Source of the DNA: Wallemia ichthyophaga EXF-994
Lineage: Eukaryota; Fungi; Basidiomycota
Direction of reading: 5' to 3'
Assembly (NCBI RefSeq): GCF_000400465.1
Contig: NW_008806275.1
Coordinates: forward strand, 399,656 to 431,655
DNA: 32,000 nt
Shown: positions 1 through 10,147 of the stretch, one piece after another
Position numbering within the stretch: position 1 is the first letter of the stretch
Layout: every line of letters begins with the position of its first letter
Notes under the pieces: generated by a model
The model's input: the letters and a program-made list of their open reading frames with translations, nothing else
Database searches by the model: none
What the model was told of the DNA's origin: nothing
Position numbers and translations under genes: made by a program

Positions 1-964
1 TCAAAGCATTAGAGTAGTCATATGTAGCTTATTCATATAGAATACAAGGAATACCTCCATCTAAACTTTCAGTTAAGCCAGTTTACATCAGAGCATTACA
101 AACGACAAATTCTGGTATGAAGTACAGCGAGCAGCCAACCAAACCTCCGCAAAACGCAAAAGGAATGACGGCCAACAAGCAACTAATGTCCAAAATGCCA
201 TTTGCAGCTATATCTGAGAATGGATAATAACTTTGGTGTCATCGTCTTGTTTAGAGGGAGGTATGACATTTCCAAAACAAAAGACAATAACTCAAACAAG
301 GTACTGGCTTTAGTTAATGACTGTATAGATTGTTAGATGGTTGTATATCCAAGTAGAAGTGCGAATAGCGTAAACGTTGTCAGCGTTAGAAAGTGTCTTT
401 TGGTAAATAGTTATCTTCAGCGAGTTTACAGAAGCAGAACTGTTATTTACTTGATCATCATCGAATACGCCCATTCGCACCTCAACAGCAATTTACTTAC
501 AAATTGGCTTTCCCAATTATTGAGTTCATTCAAATCTGCATGGCCAGGTCAGCGACTTCAAAATGCGTTAAGTCCGCAGTATGTTCAGTTGGTGGTGCAT
601 ATGCGTTGGTACATTTATTCTTTCACCCGCGATTAGCAGCCCGTAATGGGTGGGCGTTTCATCATCGATCTTTACTGAGGACTTGAGAGCACTCACCCAA
701 TGTATACAAACGGCCAGGATGGATATATCATTCATAGCCTCATTTGACTCTGAAAGATTTATCCGCTCCTCACCGTAGCGAATAAAAGATTGCTCGAGCG
801 AACAGCAAAATTTATAGGCGCAAAAAAAATCAGATTATATAAAGTCACACGCGTTTTAAGTACTGTTTGTAATCTAGCATCTGAGTATGCTTCTCTGAAT
901 CTCACATGTAACATTTCACTCACTTTGCGCGTCAATTATCGTGTTTGCTATCATCTTACAAAAC

Positions 965-2983
965 TCAGTGCTTATGATTGTGCTTGTGTCCATTTCCATG
1001 GCTATGTGCATATCCGTCTTCTCCAGCCTCGTCTTCCTCCTCATCTCCGGGGAAGTTCCAGTCTTCAAAGCCGTCCTCGAACATCTCTTGAAGCTTGACC
1101 CACTTATCGTCTTGGTATTCCATCTTCATGATTTCATTGTATTCCTTCATTTCTTCGTCATTCAGCAAACACTCGTCGAATGCCTCCTCTATTGCTCTAA
1201 AATTTTCTTTCCTTCCAATCATTACTAGCTCTTGCCTTTTGTCGCCGTGTTGGCCTTCGAAGTCGGCTTTTATTGCTGTCAGTGCTAAGCCATCAACGTC
1301 CCAATCCTCTACTGGGGTCGACACATACCACGGATTGCCACCGCCAATAGTCAGCATGACACCTGCTTGACTCAGCTCACCCATCTGCTCTCTAGCTGGA
1401 AGCCAAATGAAGCCCTTTGAACGGAATAATCCGGCAAATATTGACGATTGCTTGTCTCGAAGTCTTGCTGCTGGATCTAATTGTGGTTGAATGTCTGTGT
1501 TTACTTCTTCTTCATAATCATCATCGCTTTCTTCATTGTCTTCGTCGTCTGCTTCACTTTTATCTTGATCTTCATCTTCTTCTCCCCCCTCATCCTTCCC
1601 CTCCTGGTCTTCTTCCATAGCATCTTGTATAATTACCCAGTATTTGCTGATGAGCTGCCACAATCTCAGTGGGTGGAATGGTCTGCGCCTTCTGTAGACA
1701 AAGTGGCTGATACCATATTCCTCAGTCTCACTGGAGTTCAGGTAAGACATTTCACGAGGAATTGAAAGTCACACTTACGGTTTTGGAGCCAACTTGGTCT
1801 TTCCATCAGCTTGTTTCACCTCTATAGGCAGCATCTCGCGCAGCGATTGCAACCAACCAGCCGACGTGACACATGTCTCATACTGAGAAGCAGATTAATA
1901 GCAATCCTATAGGGCACAGTGAACCCACATCAAACTTGTTGGTATTCAGCACCTTCTTCAAATCAACTTTTGAGTATGAGCATTCAGAAATCTCAGCCTT
2001 AGGATTCAGGGATTTGATTAGTGCTTTGATCTGGTTCAAGTGATCTTGAGACACAAGTTCGACCTTATTCACAACAATATGTGTTGAGAATTCGAGCTGA
2101 TCGACAAGTAAATCGGTTATGTTTCTCTCGTCGCTCTCATCCACTTCTCCACCTTCTCCCATCTCTTGAGGCCTGTCGGAAACAAAGTCAACTGTATTGA
2201 AGTCATTCATGAAGTTTGCGGCGTCTACTAGCGTAATAAGACTGTCTAAACGTGCTTTAGAGATGATGCCCCCTTCTGCCAGCAACTTGGCCATCTTAGA
2301 CTGAGTTTCTTTGTCTTTGGTTGACGACTCAGCGAGAGATTCCTCAATCTTTACAGACTCCTCAAGAAACTCGAAGCTAAACGCTTCTGCTACCTGCATT
2401 GGTTCGGAGATACCAGTCGACTGTGAGACCATGTCAGCAAATTTACTGTCCAAATGGGCCTTCACACCTCAATCACGAGATAGTCGTAGTTCTTCTCTTC
2501 AGTAAGTAGTGCAACCTGCTCTACGAGATCTTCGCGGAGTGTGCAGCAAATGCTGAATGGATTGTTAGTAAAAGGTGAAAGTTTTCAAGTGTGGCATTGA
2601 CATGAAGAGGGCAACGCACGCTCGGTATTGCCAGCCAAATGCAGTGCAAATTTCACTTACCATCCGTTCTGCATCTGTACCATCTTTTCACCAGCCTTAG
2701 TGAGCTTGTGATTCTCGACGTGCATTCCATCGATATTCAGACTGGCCATATCGTTGAGGATGCTGATCGCGCTTAGTTGACATTCTATCTGTCAGTGCGT
2801 CACTCACACAGCGCAACGGAGCCCATGGTCTTTGGAAGTGAGGATGTGTTTAAGCAATGTTGTCTTTCCACTTCCCAAGAAACCAGAGAGCAGCGTGACG
2901 GGTAGCCTGTCATCGTGAACCTTGTCTAGATTAAGGTTTTGGTCAACGCGTTGCTTCTTTGTGACTGTCTCTACTGTTGACAT
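965..2983 (-). CDS. COG0523/CobW-family (G3E) P-loop GTPase, putative zinc metallochaperone; 6 exons: 2983-2808, 2762-2661, 2552-2468, 2420-1929, 1882-1779, 1730-965 (~574 aa)
   Basis: The spliced model keeps frame and shows Walker [21 protein letters not shown] (CxCC), Walker B IESTGISEP, and CobW_C motifs [17 protein letters not shown] and [11 protein letters not shown]. It has an acidic insert and a His-rich C-terminus. All introns are GT-AG. I placed the start at MSTVET (2983) rather than at the ORF track's upstream TTG. Confidence 0.92.
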
Positions 2984-3458
2984 GGTGTCTGAACTTTGCG
3001 AAAGGTGCTTGTTGGTAAGGCAAGAAGGCGAAGACGGAACGTTATCAATCAACAACTGCTACAGTCCACCTCAAATTCCTAAAATATTATTTGCCGACTG
3101 CTCAAGTACACAAGTGGGCGACGCCACGATTTGAGGACCGCCCTGGTCTTGCTTTTGAAGATATATGAATGAGCTATGGAAGCTGAACGGTTGATTCAAA
3201 ACACGCTATTGCATTGCTTCAAATTAGTCATACGAGCAATCTTATTGGCTCGCTCACCCACCTTAGCGAAGATCTACTAATCCCCTCACGTCATGTCTTG
3301 TCTGCGAGGGTACACACACGATGCACCGCAAAGCTGCCTCACTTCAATTCCAAAAAGGAATAGCGCAATTAAGTTATACATTTCCAATTACTTTACATTA
3401 CATTAAACCGTTCTCCTATGTGCGCACATAGAGATAGTACAAAATTTTCATCTACAAT

Positions 3459-5507
3459 TTATGCCAATAGCTTATCTCTTGCAGCGACTTGTATATCGCT
3501 AAAAGGCGAGTCCTGCTTGAGACCGACCTGCTGACGGTTGCCCAAGACAAGCATCTCGAAGAAGAAGGCAGAGGCAGCTCTCTTGTTTGCCTTGTCCGAG
3601 ACCTCTTTGAAGCTGACAAAGTTATCAGGTCGAGTGTCGGAAAGTCTGGCTTTCAAAAATTCTCTAGCCTTCACGGTAGTTCTTGAGTAGCCGTCCTTTG
3701 TGAGATGCTTCGTGTCCTGCTTCGTCTGCTTCCGCCCGAACATAGCGATCGGGGCCTCACCTTCCTTTGCCTCGTACTGGGAGGCTGACGGAGTGTCGAG
3801 GCTCGGCGTAGACATTCTAGATGGAGCTTTACCATGACTATCACCGCTGACAGAGCCTGTACGAGAACTCTGCCAGTCTTGGTTGGCGAGAGGCTGGTTG
3901 ACGTCATCTTGATCAAACAAACCTTGTCCCTCTTCGAGCTGGAAAGTGTCCTCGTTTGGGTTGCCTTCCCAACCACTGGTATCGCCTGGACCTACATCCA
4001 AACCAGACAGATTCCATCCATCTTCGTCTAAGCCTTGGGGTGGTATAGACTCGTGTCTACCAACTTCAGCGTCTTCTCTCATCCGCTTGCTTGGACCGTC
4101 CTCATCGTCATCCCTTTGTCTCCTCAAGCAGCCAACAGGAACATCATAGAGGGAGTTGAGAGATTCGTTGAGTATGTTTGGTGGTGCTACCCTCAAAAAT
4201 TGCTTGCCTTGGCTTGCATTGACGTTGATAAAGTGACTGAGGGGATCTTGAAGTATGTCGAGACGCTCCTGATAGTAGCGGGTCGGCTGCAAATAAGACT
4301 CCTAACAATTTAGTTAGCAATGAGTGGAATGTAAGACGCAGTACGAACATCCTGTAAAGTCTTTGCAATATCTTCGTCTGCTCTCTGCTGGTTTTGAGAA
4401 GCACCTCTGCGACTCAACTCAATGCGTGAGTCGACAATATGTCTCTTTCGACCGGTGCCTCTCTTGGCCTGTCTCTGAGCCTGCTGTTCGACGGCGTCGA
4501 GCGTTGATTCATCCATGTTGAGCTGTGACTCGCCTGGCGGAGGACTTGAGAGTGGTGAGGCTGCTACAAGTCAGCAGACCATGGAATTAGCTTAGGTAGA
4601 CTCACATGCGCGTTCGTCTAGCGAGACAGCAGGTGCTAGAGGGTCATCCAAGTTGAAACCAAGATCCAAACCACCTTCGAATCCACCACCTAGGTCCATG
4701 TCTCTGGCACCGTCACCGGCAGGAGAGACATGATCCATGCCGAAATCACCAAACCCATCACCTACATCATCAATAGGCATACCCCAGTCATCTACTGCAC
4801 CTGCTGTGCCACCGCTTTGCCTCCCTTTATCGGCTCTGCCTTGCTCATTGAATTCTGAGCCGAGGATGGACAGCCTGTCAGAACGAGATACACTGCCTTC
4901 ACGTCTACCAGCTTCGACTGAGAGATCGTCTCCAAATTCAGCAGTACTGATACCGGATACAGACGTATTCATATCATTAATGCTGAAAAACGGATCAAGC
5001 GCCATTGAGATAGGTTGATGGAACTGTTCAAAGTCAATAGCGCCGTCCTCAATAGTAGGGCCTTCTTCGAGAGTGATTGCGTTCTGCGGAGCGAGCAATT
5101 GTTGATCGGAAAGATCAATCGCGCCAGGACCGGGGAGGAAGGCTCTACGAAGGCTGCTAAGGGTGTCGTTGACGTCTTCGAGGAGATATTTAGATTTACG
5201 CGAATGAATACGCGTAACGCCGAGGAGGAGCTGTCCGGACATTCTAAGAGCCATTGGCTCGACTGCCTGTGGGTTGAGGATGACATCTGCGCGTAAGTGT
5301 GTTAAAATGTGTGCATTGAGAAACGCGTCTCCTCACCAACAGACTCCCCAATGTCTGTATTTATTGCCTCCTTCTTCGACAGCTTCTTCTCGATATGTGC
5401 GGCAATCCAGATACGAGCAAGAGGGCCTCTCTTTGAGAGGATAATATCCGAGTAGAACTACGTGCTTGTTAGCGGTAAATATCCATCTTGCGTTGCCCGC
5501 TTACCAT
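3459..5507 (-). CDS. RAD21: Cohesin kleisin Rad21/Scc1; 5 exons: 5507-5505 (ATG only), 5457-5337, 5286-4606, 4563-4349, 4301-3459 (~620 aa)
   Basis: The N-terminus MFYSDIILSKRGPLARIWIAAH...PMALRMSGQLLLGVTRI and the C-terminal winged helix KRAASAFFFEMLVL...QDSPFSDI match the Rad21/Rec8 family. Separase-type ExxR sites SVEAGRR (~4901-4921) and AEVGR are present. Rad21 is preferred over Rec8 on overall conservation and promoter MCB elements. Confidence 0.92.
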
Positions 5508-5518
5508 ATTTCACGTCA

Positions 5519-5618
5519 ACGCGATGATGGTCGGGGGTTGAAGACGCGATGGCGCGTGTGGAAGAATGACAAGATCAAAATCACGAAATAATCACTTCGC
5601 CTACCCCTGATCACGCGT
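5519..5618. promoter_or_regulatory. MCB/SCB-like cell-cycle element cluster in the RAD21/LSM6 divergent promoter
   Basis: ACGCGA at 5519-5524 and 5544-5549, GCGCGT at 5552-5557, CACGAAA (SCB) at 5582-5588 and a perfect ACGCGT (MCB) at 5613-5618 all fall in a 163-nt gap. Yeast SCC1/rad21 are established MBF targets. Confidence 0.55.
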
Positions 5619-5670
5619 ACACGCACAACTCCCATTCAAATTCCTCACCTTCCAACTCTCATCAGCGTAC

Positions 5671-6081
5671 ATGTCCTCAGTCGTACAGAGCGATACTAAA
5701 GGCGTAAGAATAAGGCTTCGTGGTTTGTTATGACGCACTCAACCAAACACAGTCTCCTTCTGCCTTTTTGAAGGCGATCGTTGGGAAGAATGTCATCGTC
5801 AAGCTCAATTCCGGGCTCTTGTACACCGGAGTCTTGCAGTGCTTGGATGGATACATGAACCTGGTAATCACTGATGCCAAGGAGGACACTGGCATCGCTG
5901 GAATCCCCACCACCAACACATACGGCGAAGCATTCATAAGGTGAGTTTCGAATTTTGTAGCAGTCTCAGCGCCTAACAGTGGCTGACAGAGGCAACAATG
6001 GTGAGTGCGTGTCTAAACCCTGACCACCTCTCTAACCACCCAAAAACAGTACTATACATATCGGCAGCAGAAGCCTTGTAA
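5671..6081 (+). CDS. LSM6: Sm-like protein LSm6; 4 exons: 5671-5703, 5753-5940, 5990-6000, 6050-6081 (87 aa)
   Basis: The spliced product SPSAFLKAIVGKNVIVKLNSG...LQCLDGYMNL...YGEAFIRGNNVLYIS has Sm1 and Sm2 motifs with LSm6-type KLNSG and FIRGNNV, not SmF-type KLKWG and IRCNN. There are three 49-nt GT-AG introns. Confidence 0.92.
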
Positions 6082-6100
6082 TTTACTATACACAACTAGC

Positions 6101-6855
6101 TCAATCAACGCTTGGGACCGGTTTGCGGCGCACTTTGGAAGGCTGTGATACTCGAGATTCGCTGTCGCTGTTCAGATTCTCGTATATCGCCGAATATGGT
6201 GGCGGAGAGGTGGACGAATTGAACGACGTCGTATTGCTGCGCGGATGGTACACTGGAGGCATACCAGTAATATTCGTATCAGAACGCTGCATTATTGGCC
6301 TCATTTCGAGATCCCTGTTAGCCTTCCTCTCGTGACGGGCATGGCGACGATTGAGCACCACCGTCCCAATCACTATAAGCACAGCGATCGCTGCCAAACC
6401 ACCAAATATGCCACCCGCAATTGCAGCTTTACCATTATACCCATGTCTATGATTTCCGCTTCTGCAGCGTGAGTATTCGAATTGGTTCGAGTAGACATCT
6501 GGTTCGTCATTTTGAGCGAATTTGTAGACAAAATACTTGCCATTAAGGTTTACAGTGGTTGATTGAGAAGGATTCCAATCGTAATGTTTCGTGTCTGCCG
6601 CGATTTGAGTAGCTACACGCGAATACCAACTGATATCAGAACCGTCGCCTGCTTCGTAGAGATCTATAGACTGATTACTTTCAGTACCACTCTAGCACCT
6701 CTCACAACACTCACAAGCTCTGATCCAGATTCCCCGCCCCTCCAGTCAACGGATATCGGTGTACATGCGCTGACGCTTTCGAATCTGTTGAGCTCCACCG
6801 CTCCAAAAACACCAAAAGTAACTGCTAGCAGAGCAGTAAAGTGCGCAACAATCAT
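6101..6855 (-). CDS. Uncharacterised type I membrane protein (signal peptide, small beta-rich ectodomain, one TM helix, cytosolic PPxY motifs); exons 6855-6715, 6670-6101 (236 aa)
   Basis: A 44-nt GTGAGT...CAG intron joins ORF 6664-6855 to the stop-free frame ending in ORF 6101-6397. The N-terminus MIVAHFTALLAVTFGVFG is hydrophobic. The TM segment AIAGGIFGGLAAIAVLIVIGTVVL is followed by basic NRRHARHERK, then PPVY and PPPY. Confidence 0.75.
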
Positions 6856-7003
6856 TGATCGAGATCAACACGTCTATTCTCGACCTTAATCTCCCAGGCT
6901 ATCAGGCTATCACGTCGAACAAGATTCATGGCTGAATCACAGCGCAGTCAAATAAACACTCACGTTGGTAATAAAATAAATTTCATTCAAATTGAGTTTA
7001 GTA

Positions 7004-8722
7004 TTATTCAAAATCCGACAATATCTCAGATTCCAAAGCTTTCTTACCAACATCAGTGAGGATTGGTTTACCTTCAGGTGTGTCTAGTTGGAAATAGCAT
7101 GACTGGTATTGTTCATTGGTGCGCTTGCGCTCGTTAGCTAAATCTCTCTGATGTTGTTCTATTCCCTGTTTTGATTTCGTAGCCTGATTATAATCCTTCT
7201 CCAAGATGGCCTTTGTTACAGGCTCCCAAACCTTCCTAGACTCAAGATCATCTTGCTGATCGAGACTTCTGACATACTTTGGTGTTAAATCGAGGTTCTC
7301 GAGGTTGATCAGCAGCTTTTCTTCATCTTCACCTGCCTTCTTGAACTTGATCTGAGTACGCCAAGTGCCATCGACAGAAGCAAGGACCTGATCTTTTGGA
7401 ACCTGCTTCACCTTGTTCCATGTCTTTGATTCCTCTGTCGACACTTTGTAAATAACACCTTCGACCAAAAATTTGGGTTTGCCAATCCAAGATTCCTCCT
7501 TGTAGTCTATAATCATTCTGAGAGATTCATCTCCGACATTTGGACCGCTAACTTCTATAATACTTGAGTCACAAATCACAGCATATATGCTCGATAGACC
7601 CCTTAATATACCTGAAACAAGAGCAGTTGGGTGCGTGATATGGTATTCTTCTTCGCGGTCTTTAAGATTGACAAAGATACCATTGTTGCGTTCGCCAGGC
7701 TGAACTTTAATCGAAGTGCCCGATATCTTTGCACTAACCTGATCCACACCGCACACTTCAGTCTGGCAATCAGGCGCTGAGTACCAGTAAGCAGAAACGG
7801 GTGGATGGTGGGATATCTGTTCTGTAAGGAAGCTGATCTTGCCCTTTGAGCGGCGATTATTGAGTGCAGCGACGTTTCTCAAATCTCTTGAAACGGCGTG
7901 AGCATTCTTTGAGTCCTGTGCAGCAACACCTGGACCTTGAGGAGCAGGAGTAGTTGTACCAGACGTGCCAGTCGAAGGATTATCATACTGATCAACTAAA
8001 TCAGATGAAGGTAAAAATTCACCCTTGTCATTGTGATCAGGGACGGTGGCTGGCCAAGAACAACGGAAATGCTCGCCCATGACTGAGTTGTATGGTTTAA
8101 CGACACCACCACGCTGTTGGTGATGAGTATGCCATGACGCTAGCGGTAGCAGCCAAACGACTCACAACAAAACGGAGGTCTTTAGCAAAACAGAATCTAG
8201 CAGCTGCTAGCATTCTATCTAAAGGGTCGTCGTGCTGATTTATACTGGAATAAATGTTATTGGAGCTGTAGTGGACTCAGGGGAATCAAGACTCACTCGA
8301 CCAGAGTATCTGCGCGGCCTGGAGTGGGTGAGAGAGTGTATGAATAAGTACGATGTACTAACCGATATAATTCCAGTACTCTAAGTTACCTATTTGCTGT
8401 TAAGTTGATCAAATCATTGTGCCATGACGCACCTGCCGGGTAAAGCAAGCTAGCGGGGAGAGAGAGACGACTAGAGCGAGTTAAATGGGGATTAAAGCCA
8501 TCCAAGGAATACTCACATATTCGCAATGTCTTTAACTGACATACCTGCTGTGCATCAGCCAACGCCGCCAGAGCTCATATGACACACACATTTCTTGAGT
8601 ATATTCGTCAGTGTCTTGAGCTTGCCTTCATCGCCGCCTTCTGCGACGTTTTCAGTGTCTTGTGAGATTTGTGGGTTTTGTGGGTTTGTTGCGCTCGTTT
8701 GATCTACAGCTTCAGCTGACAT
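7004..8722 (-). CDS. Oxysterol-binding protein family, ORD-only (Osh4/6/7-like) lipid transfer protein; 7 exons: 8722-8590, 8544-8517, 8470-8433, 8389-8363, 8318-8297, 8244-8166, 8113-7004 (~478 aa)
   Basis: It carries the OSBP signature EQISHHPP and KPYNSVMGEHF. The upstream exons splice in phase to VKDIANIRLSLPASLL...NLEYWNY...DPLDRML. There is no PH, FFAT or ankyrin region. Confidence 0.9.
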
Positions 8723-8816
8723 TGGACGTATCAGTTTGAGGAGTTTATCGAATTTAATTTCAGATATAATTGAAATATATCTTCAAATATTAATCAAAAA
8801 TGTACATTTCATGTAT

Positions 8817-10111
8817 TTAATTGTATTTCGGCTGTTCAATATCCCATTTACGTGTAACATCATCCATACCGTCATCGTCATCGCTCTCTTCTCGCTCCGG
8901 TAGTGAGTTCAAGGCTTGAGTTTCATGATTTGGTAATTCATATTGGTCATAGTCTGATTGTACGCGGTAAGGCGCATCTAACATCGTTCCTCCTGCCCCT
9001 GCTGATGATATTCTCCCTGATATCGAATGGCGTGGGTCTGCTCCGCGTACATTTTCTTCATTTACTAGCGCAGCCTCATCCATTTGACGTGACTTGTTAA
9101 GTAAATAAACACCTGCAAATATTGTCAAAAATCCTGCAACGATTGAAACGATATCTCTCGTTGGAGTTTCGTAGAATCCTTGGAATAAAATGAAGGAAGC
9201 GAGAATTGTTGCAGTTGAAAACATAACGTAGTAAATAGGGTTCACGACGTTGGTTGAGAAAGTGTCAAGTGCCTTATTAAAGTAGTTCATTTGAACTAAT
9301 ATGCAGAGAACAACGACTAAACCAAAGAGATAAGTGCTAGCGTGAGTTAGCTGGTTATTCCCTGCCAATGTCAACTTCAAAGCAACGCCGAAACCTTTAA
9401 TTGACATGACTGATATTGATCCGACCATTGAGCATATTGAAATATAAACCAGCGGCGACTTTTTTCCGTATTTCGGCACGACTTTGAAGATCATGATGAC
9501 GGAAAATACGGCAACGATAACAGAGTAAATGATGAATGGCAACTGAATCGCGTAGTTGAGAATGTCATCGACTGTCTCAACTTGTTTTTCCTCTGGGGCG
9601 TGGAGGATGATGACGAGACTTCCAACGACACAGAGACCGCAACCAACTCTACCAATAGGGCCCAGCCTTTCATGGAGGAGAAACGAAGCCAAGATAGCAC
9701 CGAATATGACAGACAAGGCACCCAAAGGAGTGACCAGCACTGGAGGAGCGAAGGTGTACGCAGCGAAGTTTGCGATTTCACCGATGACCACTGGGAAGAG
9801 TGAGTGGACGACTATAGGCTACTAGGAACACACTGGTTATGATCCCCGCCCACCAAATAGGGTTCTTGAGGTATAGAAGCTTATCGGATGCAGAAACGTG
9901 GCTATTAGATTTGTTGTTGCTGTCTTGTAGACCTTTCTTGGTTATAATAAAACTCAAGCCAACTGCGGGTGTAGAATGTGAGCTGTGAGCTGGGTTGATA
10001 GCACAACTTACTTGCAACGCTTGAGGAAATGGCTAGCAGTAATCCTAAGCGACGATTAAATATAAATTATAAAATAAGCCCAAAAAACACACCAATCCAC
10101 CTTTCTTCCAT
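8817..10111 (-). CDS. NIPA-family magnesium transporter (DMT superfamily); exons 10111-10093, 10044-10012, 9962-9834, 9790-8817 (~384 aa)
   Basis: MEERWIGLLLAISSS...FIITKKG, YLKNPIWWAG, GEIANFAAYTFAP..LVTPLGALSV and QMNYFNKALDTF are NIPA motifs, with multiple hydrophobic helices. All three introns are phase-consistent GT-AG. Confidence 0.92.
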
Positions 10112-10147
10112 TTTTATCTCTCTTGGTGGTCGACGTCGTGGAAGAGG

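Noticed and set aside
501-540. Fragment DLNELNNWESQF reminiscent of the C-terminus of MAPR/Dap1 cytochrome-b5-like proteins
   Set aside because: No heme-binding core (GRDA/Y motifs) could be assembled from the flanking sequence, and the conserved KY is absent.
337-686. + strand ORFs 337-636 and 504-686
   Set aside because: They have no recognisable motif or splice support, are short, and overlap each other. They are not reported as CDS.
941-1765. Hydrophobic + strand ORFs 941-1228 and 1481-1765 resembling membrane proteins
   Set aside because: They are antisense shadows of the Glu/Asp/Lys-rich CobW exon; the GAA/GAT codons read as Phe/Ile/Leu on the other strand.
2984-3458. Zinc-responsive element upstream of the CobW gene
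   Set aside because: I saw no Zap1-type ACCTTNAAGGT or ZafA-type CAAGGT in the upstream region.
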